Shown piece by piece: positions 54,882 to 64,000 of a DNA stretch of 64,000 bases. Location: contig OX597818.1 in assembly GCA_951406725.2 (NCBI GenBank), forward strand, positions 62,558,001 through 62,622,000, read 5' to 3'. Position numbers and translations under genes: made by a program. The stretch comes from Octopus vulgaris. Lineage: Eukaryota. Position 1 is the stretch's first letter. Each line of letters begins with the position of its first letter. The notes under the pieces are model-generated. The model did no database searches, was not told the origin of the DNA, and was given only the letters and a program-made list of their open reading frames with translations.

Positions 54882-55267
54882 CTAGCAGTATCGCCCGGCG
54901 TTGCTCGGGTTTGTAAGGGAAATAACTATATAAGCATTTTTAGAGAGTTATAGCCAAAAAATAGCACAAAAATGCATTAAAAATGGAAAAAAACTATGGT
55001 AATTTTTTTAAAAATCGTTGACTCATCGTAGACATTTTTAGAGAGTTACTTCCCTTATATAATAGCGAAAAAATGCATTAAAATGGAAAAAAAATGATGG
55101 TAAATTGTTTTTAAAATCGTAGACGCGCGCTAATACCCAGAAGGGCTCGATATGAATCACGACTATAAGATACCCGGTTTTGGTTAAACTGCACCGCAAA
55201 ATGTGGGAGTAGTTAGGAATCTAAAACGAAGGAGACAGACACACAACCTCTCTTTTATATATAAAGA
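54882..55267 (-). mobile_element. Non-autonomous Helitron (same family as 15989) with 2 internal repeats
   Basis: 5' TC, 3' hairpin CCCGAGCAACGCCGGG plus CTAG, inserted at A|T. Confidence 0.88.
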
Positions 55268-55734
55268 TATATGAATACTTTTTACTAGAGAACTTTCTCT
55301 CCCGTCTGCTTATTTCGAAGAAATTTGAACAAATCCATTACGAACCGAGGTGAAGATATTTGTGAAATGCAACGAATTGAAGAAGTTGGAGGTGCATATA
55401 ATAAAATATATGAAAATACTTGAATCTTCGTCATAGTTTATATATTGTGTATATATTTTCTAATCTACATCATTAAAGCTTATAAAGAGGGTAATTAATA
55501 AATAATTTATTTTGTTATTTTAAGTGTAAAATACCATTGAGACTGAATAACGTTTGAGAGTGAAATACTTCTTTTCGTAATTGCTGTCGATTTATGTACT
55601 TTAAGTATAGTTCAAGAGAATGGTTCGAAATAACAGACTACAGTTTGTCTGATCGATGACCTATTTGATGGAGCCACTAATAAAGAATCTTCTGTAGGTA
55701 TTAAACTACTCAGCCAAAAGATGACATATTTTAT

Positions 55735-56500
55735 GAATTGATGCGTTTATATAATGGCACCCCTCATCAGTTCCTTATTGAAGACGCCAAAAACGATTGG
55801 CCAAAGTAAACGACCACTTACTTGACCGCGATATGTTAAAAATAAACTAATGAAACATAAACGTCTGTTCTCTATCTTCATCAAATTGGTGGTTTTTATG
55901 ACATGATCTTGTAAAGAGTAGCATATAAAATGATAGAGCACTGAATTAAATCGTAGTTTTGAGTTTGTGCCCAGATGTACGGAAATGTAAATTTTACTGT
56001 CCTAGGTTGTTCGTTTTATTGTAATATTCCAGCTGTCCACCACCTTCCAAGTCAAGATAGTAATTTCCCATCAATCTCAATTTTGATATTTCAATGAATA
56101 ATCGAACGGAACGGAAACATTTATATTATTGATCTCTTTATATATATATATTTTTTTTTTTTTATTCCCAACCACATGTCATGATTACAAGAAGTCTTTC
56201 CGACGTATTCTAGTAGTTTAGCAAAGCAGTTTATGGTAAGTAGACGTAAAACAATGATAAGTTATTATTTCAAGCATGAGAGTTTTCAGATAATCCAAAT
56301 ACTATTGGCTGGCCTAAGTATTTGAAATAAATAAATGCCATTGTTTTTGCTATAATCCATTTCAAGAAAAGATTGGCCTAAAACCAAAATGAGCTGTTGC
56401 CAGAATGTGATTACATAACGGCGAAAAAATTTGTGAAAAGATATGTTGATAAATATAAAATACGATTGCAGCAGCTCTAATGAATTACGTCTTGGATATG
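55735..56500 (-). pseudogene. Old Penelope-like RT relic with a decayed hammerhead
   Basis: Minus-strand fragments in the expected order: KFFRRYV (YVDD region), SFLEMDYSKNNGIYLFQILRP (PFLD...VYRKP-like), VKFTFPYIW (LPYIG-like), then GAA-CTGATGA-GGGG...TAAACGCATC at 55735-55773. Confidence 0.45.
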
Positions 56501-57149
56501 TCTGGGAAGTCTTGGAATCACTAATTGTCATTAGAGCAAAATGCTGTTTTTTTGTTTTTAGAGAGAAATAATGCAACGTAGAGAATCGATTTTTCATGGG
56601 ATTACACAATGTTGTACAGAATATTTTCTTTACATCAAAAAATACATTTCTTCTTCAATATTTTGACTTTTGTAAAAAAAAAAAAAGAGTATGTTTTCTG
56701 AGGTAAATATAATGAAATAAACACATTCAATTTATTTTTGATTAATTTAAAAATGGAAATAGAATAAAGCTGTCTAGTTCTTTGAACAGAAACGAAAACT
56801 AGAAGAGGAGGAAGATGGTGAAGATGGGCATAATGAATAAACCTTAATTTAAAATAATAGTTCTACGTATTTTGATTAGAACGGACATTTATATTTCAGT
56901 GTTTTAGAACGAGAGTTTTTCCTATGTTTTAGGTGAAAATCGCTGCGTGCATACGACGATACTCCCACAGGCACTCACACACACATACACACATGCGCAC
57001 ACGTGCAGACAGTCACGTGGCCCCGCCTCCCCACTTACACGCACACACTCAAACATCTGTATACATATCTGCGCATCTGTATACATATGAGTGTATGTAT
57101 GTATACATGTGTATATGTATATAAACCAAGAAGAAAAGGGAGGAAAAGA

Positions 57150-57850
<701 letters not shown>

Positions 57851-58654
57851 TGTATAAACAAATAGCAAAGCAAACAATTATTAGATAAGAAAATAAGAAA
57901 TAACAGCAATCCGCTCATAACATAATAAGTAATTTAGAGGAAGGCAAATAAATGAAGAAATAAAGAAGTCTATGTAAAAAAAAACAAAAACAAAAGAAAA
58001 AATAAAGAAAAACAAGCAACTAAAGAAAATAGGACATCAGATCAGATATTGGAATTATGTCAATGGAATTGTAATAACCAGGAAAGCTATTGCACCAATA
58101 CCAATAAAATGGCATTAATTTAGTGTTCTTTGCAGCAAGTTACTTGAGCTACAAGTCGAAGATCCTGAAGTTTATTTCAATTGTAGTCATTAACGAATGT
58201 TTTCGTTCGGCTAACATGAATCGTAGAACTTTAAGAGAATCATGTAGAGTGTGATTAATATATAGAAAATGAGAACGGAGTTTTATGAAGCTTTCCCTTG
58301 GCTGTTACCAACCGGCAAAGTCGATTAATACTTGCAGCGCTAGAGAGTAACTTTATATTTCTGATTCAGTTTCAATATTGCAGTCGGGTCAAGAGGCTGG
58401 CATGGAGTACCATTTACTCTGCAGATATAAATGCCTTGTAGCAAGTTGTTACCATCTCCTCTATGTGCTGTGTTATTTGTTAGGCAGCAAATGCGATATC
58501 CTGGCATCGCTGTGTAATTAAGGAGATCGTTTTGCAAGCATGTGGGTTTCTGGTTTAATCACACTCTGAGACACCTTGGAAAAGTGCCCTCCACTCTGGG
58601 AGTAAATATGGTTGATCGACACTGTATGTCTGTCTGTCTGTGTACTTCTCTCTC

Positions 58655-58694
<40 letters not shown>

Positions 58695-58984
58695 ATACAT
58701 ACACACACACATACACACAAATCCACACACACACACTCTCTCTCTCTCTCTCGTAGAGTTTCCTCTTTTTTCTATATACTTCATTCTCGCCTTTCCTCGT
58801 TTCTCCTCTCATTCGATTTTTATTTCGCTATACCATATGCGCTCTGCCTGATGACTGCGTCGGTGTTTCAGACTTTGTTTGGGATGTTCTCGACACAAGA
58901 AACTATTAGCAGAACATAAAAAATGTATTGCGTCTATTACATATATGTATATATATATGTGTCTGTGTGTGTGCATGTATATAT

Positions 58985-59205
58985 GGCCCTTTGAAATACA
59001 GGTACAACAGAAACAGGAAGAAAGAATGCGATAAAGTTGTGGTGAAAGAGTACAGCAAGGTTCACTACCACATCCTGCCAGATTCTCGTGGAGCCTTAAG
59101 CGTTTTCGCTCAATAAGCACTCACTATGCCCGGTCTGGGAATCGGAACCGCTATCCTATAGCCGCGAGTCCACTGCCTTAACTACTCGGCCATTGTACCT
59201 CCACG
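58985..59205 (-). mobile_element. SINE family C, 5' part
   Basis: Colinear with 27858-28062. Confidence 0.8.
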
Positions 59206-60229
59206 CTTACGTACACACACACACACACATATATATATATGTATATATATATACGTTTATGTGTGTATATATATGTATATCTGTGTGTACATATGTCCTT
59301 TTTAAACATTTTACTGAGAAACTGACCTTATACAATGGTCGGTTTTCTAGAAAAGTTACAATCTGGATGATTTCGATCAGCGTTTATTCAAATTTGCATA
59401 ATCTAATTATAACGTCTTAGAAGTGGTCAAGCTTCTAAATTATATAAAAGTGTGGAATGAAATTTTCTTTTCTTTCACGTCAAATATTTTTGTAAACATC
59501 AATAATACTAGTATCGGGAAGAAATCTCACAGAGTAGCAATATTCTTTATAAATCAACACGTTTTTAACAGATAGAATCTTTCAAATAAGACTTCTGCGT
59601 CGTTGTAAAAGCAAAACAGAATATAACCAGCTGTGTCTAACGTAGAGATGTTTGTTATGCTAGCATATGCACACACATTCATTCATAAGCAGGTATACTA
59701 CCAATCAATAACAATACACAACACAGGCACACGTATTAATACCAGCGTTCATTGGAAATAGATTTTGTTTGTATATTTCAAAACTCTATTTTGCTAGAAT
59801 CTTTCCTTCCTAAATTAACATTTTCCGGTTCTTAAAATCCAGTTGTTTTCCAATATAGAAACAGTGTTCAAGACAATGATATTGCGGTGTACACAACGTC
59901 TCCTTACGTCATCCCATTATTATGTCAGCTTTGTAATGGACTCCTTTTAGAATCTTATTTCTTTCTTTTTCTTTTTTTTTTTGGTGAATTCCACGGATTT
60001 TCTTCCAGAAGATAATTACTCTAAAGGAGAGACGTAACAAATCGATGATAGGATGCATTATATAAAAATTTGAAGAAACAAATTGATGTGGCTACCAGTG
60101 TTGGTCACGTCATTGAAAAGTTTGCTTCAATAGAAGGCAAGTTTGAACTCCTTCACACGTTCAGCAAGTATATTCACCACAGAGTTTGAATGCACCAAAT
60201 CATTATTTTCTCTCACTCACGCTCTCACA

Positions 60230-60790
<561 letters not shown>

Positions 60791-61169
60791 ATGTGTGCGT
60801 GTTTGTGTCTGTGTGTGTCTTGTGTGTATATGTGTGTGCGCGTGTGTGCGTGTACACGTGTGTTGAAATCGTTATTGCATTCAAATTTTATCCCTTCTTA
60901 TGAGTGGGTTTTGAGAAATTTTCAACATCCTAAATTCATCATCAAAGCTTTTACTCATCGTCATGTGATTTATTACGTTTGTTCTCGTCTCTTTATAGTA
61001 GACAATACTAACACGATTGCTCTTGGCTTCATTGTCGAAATTTCTTCTCGATTCTTTTATAGATTTATGCATTATCAACCGCGTGTTCGTTATTGCTTGT
61101 CATGCTGTCTGTGTGACCGTTTAATATTGCACCACATTATGAAGATTGTTTCTATAATAAACAGAGCTG

Positions 61170-61352
61170 CCAGAATCTTTGGCATGCCGTGAAAAATGCT
61201 TGTCGTCATTTTGTCCGTCTTTACATTTGGAGTTTAAATACCAAAGAGGTGAACTTTACCTTTCATCTGTTCGGGGTTGAGCACAGGGGTCGATGTAAGC
61301 GATATCTCCCCTTCCCCGGAATTGCTGGCCTTGTGCCAAAATCTGAAACCAT
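61170..61352 (+). mobile_element. Degenerate family A-related SINE
   Basis: AAATGCTT...CTTTCATCTGTTCGGGG...AATTGCTGGCCTTGTGCCAAAATCTGAAACC. Confidence 0.65.
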
Positions 61353-61425
61353 AATTAATTAACGAAGTTTGAGGGAATTCTATTGAATGATACTTCCATT
61401 GTTATCCTCATTCCTTAAACGGTGG

Positions 61426-61647
61426 CTTTTAACGGGGTTCCAGACTAGGGTCTGAAAGTTTACCACACTATAGTAGGTTACACCATAGTACCTCTGCTAC
61501 AGTGGGTTCACCCCCGCCCACGCCGGAGCCTCGTGGGGCTTAGGTGTTTTTGCTCAATAAACTCTCACAATGCCCGGTCTGGGAATTGAAACCGTGTTCT
61601 TACGACCGCGAGTCCGCCGCCCTAAGCACTGGGCCATTGCGCCTCCA
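61426..61647 (-). mobile_element. SINE family C with a fifth tail type
   Basis: Head TGGAGGCGCAATGGCCCAGTGCTTAGG...GCTCCGGC followed by GTGGGCGGGGGTGAACCCACTGTAGC. Possible TSD AACG(G/A)TGG. Confidence 0.7.
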
Positions 61648-63295
61648 ACGATGGTGCTGTTGGTTCTATCCGCATATTTGCTGTTGGTAGTATTCTTATT
61701 GACGCCCCTGTTTCTGTTGTCACGTGTAGGGGAACTGCTGATGTTGCTGCTGCTGCCAGGGTGGCCAGTACCTCGGCTTAACGCATTTTCAACAGGCACA
61801 ACCTTAGGGTCTCTTTTAGCTGTGCCCCCAATCTTAAGAGCATTCTAATCAGTACCCCTAGACTACGAGTGGGAGGTTCATGCAGAGACCGAACAGATGT
61901 CCAGTAAGGGACCACTATAAAACCAAGGAAGTCGTCAATGAAGACTCCAGAACCGAGTAAATTCCTGCTAGCCTATTGGACCCCGAGAGGTAGCAGGGCC
62001 ACCGGCGATCGATAGGCAAGGGGAGGCAATCCCCTTTGTTGACATTGAGTAACGAGCACATTTTCTCCTCCAGATTCTAGAGAGGACTATCATTAGAGAA
62101 GCCCTTAGCCAACAGGTTTTGGGATCCGATGATGCACCATAAAGCCAAATTCTTTATTGTCGTAAAACCTAAAGTATTGCCATAAACGGCCCTTATCTAA
62201 CTTTAATATATGCAAGGACGGATAACATCCAGAAAACTAGGTGTATATGTATATGTGAGTATGTGTGTGTTTGTGTGTGTGCGCGTGTGTGTGTATTTAT
62301 ATGTATATATGCATATAGATTTATATATATCTATATAGATTTATATATATCTATATAGATTTATATATGTGTGTGCATATATATATAAACATCCACATAC
62401 ACACATATATATCTATACATATATGTAAATATGTGTGTGCGTATGTATTGTTTCTTACCGTAAAATATTTGTTTAATTTAATTTCTTGAGTTTTAACGTA
62501 GAATTTTTCAGTTTCTTAATATATCAATTTTTATATTTCAATTGTATATTTAGGTTTTTCAGTTTATTTAAAATTATTTACACATTTTGTATTTGGTTAA
62601 TGAATTTTAATATGCTTTTATTTGTACTTTTTCAGTTTTAGAATTTTTATATAATTTTATTCAGATTTCAGTTCAAAACTTTGGAAATTTTTGAACTCCG
62701 TTACTCTTAATATAATTTAAGAAATTTAATTTAAAATCGTTAAATTCAATGTTAATTTCAATATTAACAAATTTTAAAAAGGCTGAAGGATTTAACCCAC
62801 ATGATTTTTCGGAAATGTGTATATTTTTAAATATTTAACTTTTTAACTTCAATATTTTCTTTTGTATACCAAAATAAATATACAAGTTTAACCCCAAAAC
62901 ATCCTTTGTAGCACGTTTGATCTTATAATACGCACGAATTAACCTTTTTATTTCTTTACTTCTATTTAACATTTTGCCTTTTATGAATTGAATTCAATTG
63001 AATGAATTAAAACATTTTCAGATCACGAGGTGTGGCCATGCTAGGGCACCGCCATTTTTTGTTGGGCATTGTGTTTGAGAGAACTGAAGAAGTGAAGCGA
63101 TCATTGTGTCATTGATATAAAAACATGAAGTCCTGTATGAAAATCTCCATAACTATATCATTCAATATACATACACATATTAACACACATACACATACAC
63201 AAACACATATATATATATATACATATACATATATATATCTATAAGTATATATATATATATAAATATATATATATATGCACACACACATTTATACT

Positions 63296-63372
<77 letters not shown>

Positions 63373-63564
63373 ATATGTATACGTATACAAATAGTTATTT
63401 ATACACGTTAGCGAAATGTTGCTTTCCTGAAGAATGAAAATTCCGTACTTGGGAATTCCGTAAGCCAAAGTGTGTGAGCCACTGACATTCAGTAATACGG
63501 AAGACAAAAATTTCCAGGTTTCCAGATTTAATTTCTCCAACACTGACTTCAAGTATGTACTCAC

Positions 63565-63609
63565 TGCTAGTAACTCGGGCTCATTTTGCTGAGCCTGGTC
63601 ACAGTTCAT
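63565..63609 (-). CDS. Candidate short first coding exon (MNCDQAQQNEPELLA) of an unidentified gene
   Basis: A-rich context AAATAAATGA, exactly 15 codons, then a GTGAGT donor at 63564-63559. The surrounding sequence is non-repetitive and retains CpG. No downstream exon identified. Confidence 0.25.
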
Positions 63610-64000
63610 TTATTTTTGATCAGCGTCTGGCGTCTCGGCATCGTTCACACACGTCTGACTCGGACTCTGAAGTTACAGCCCAACTTGTTATCTATAATCG
63701 TAAAAATTAAAAGTAATTTAAATTCAATGTTTTCTTGAAACAATAAATTTCTACAGAGATTAGGATTTAAATTACAATCTATGAAAAGTTTTCATTCTCT
63801 GATATTCCTAAAGGAAAGAAAAATTATCCAGCAACTCGGGCTAGTACGAACGAGACTGGTAGATGTAAAAGACTAACTGGCATCTCTTGTCAAGCGTACA
63901 AGGCGACAGTCAGATCTTTGATGTTTGCTGTGCACTCCGCTGTCATTATTTGATTGCTGTTATTCTGTGCGTCTGTAAGCAGTTGTGTTTTGAAGGGCTG

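Overview
AT-rich, microsatellite-dense eukaryotic non-coding DNA (intron or intergenic). The repeat families (tRNA-headed CORE-type and related SINEs, RTE/CR1/R4-Dong LINE relics, long CTAT, TA and TAA arrays) look like an Octopus genome; this is an inference from repeat content. No convincing multi-exon host gene is visible, and almost all ORFs in the track are microsatellite translations. The only intact long ORF (9223-10104) is the C-terminus of an L1/Tx1-clade LINE ORF2. All three copies of that LINE are flanked on both sides by (CTAT)n. The most interesting signals are: (1) minimal type I hammerhead ribozyme motifs of the Penelope-like element (PLE) type in at least three unrelated families, one of them fused behind a tRNA-derived Pol III head (a candidate ribozyme-bearing, PLE-mobilised SINE); (2) a SINE that forms single-headed dimers and trimers with an invariant junction that resembles its own genomic target sites; (3) one tRNA head combined with five different 3' tails; (4) a ~460 bp inverted repeat of a (TAA)n-flanked element; (5) non-autonomous Helitrons with a variable-copy ~100 bp internal satellite, and a decayed RepHel N-terminus with 23-aa STPR-like repeats. 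All calls were made by eye; no database searches were run.
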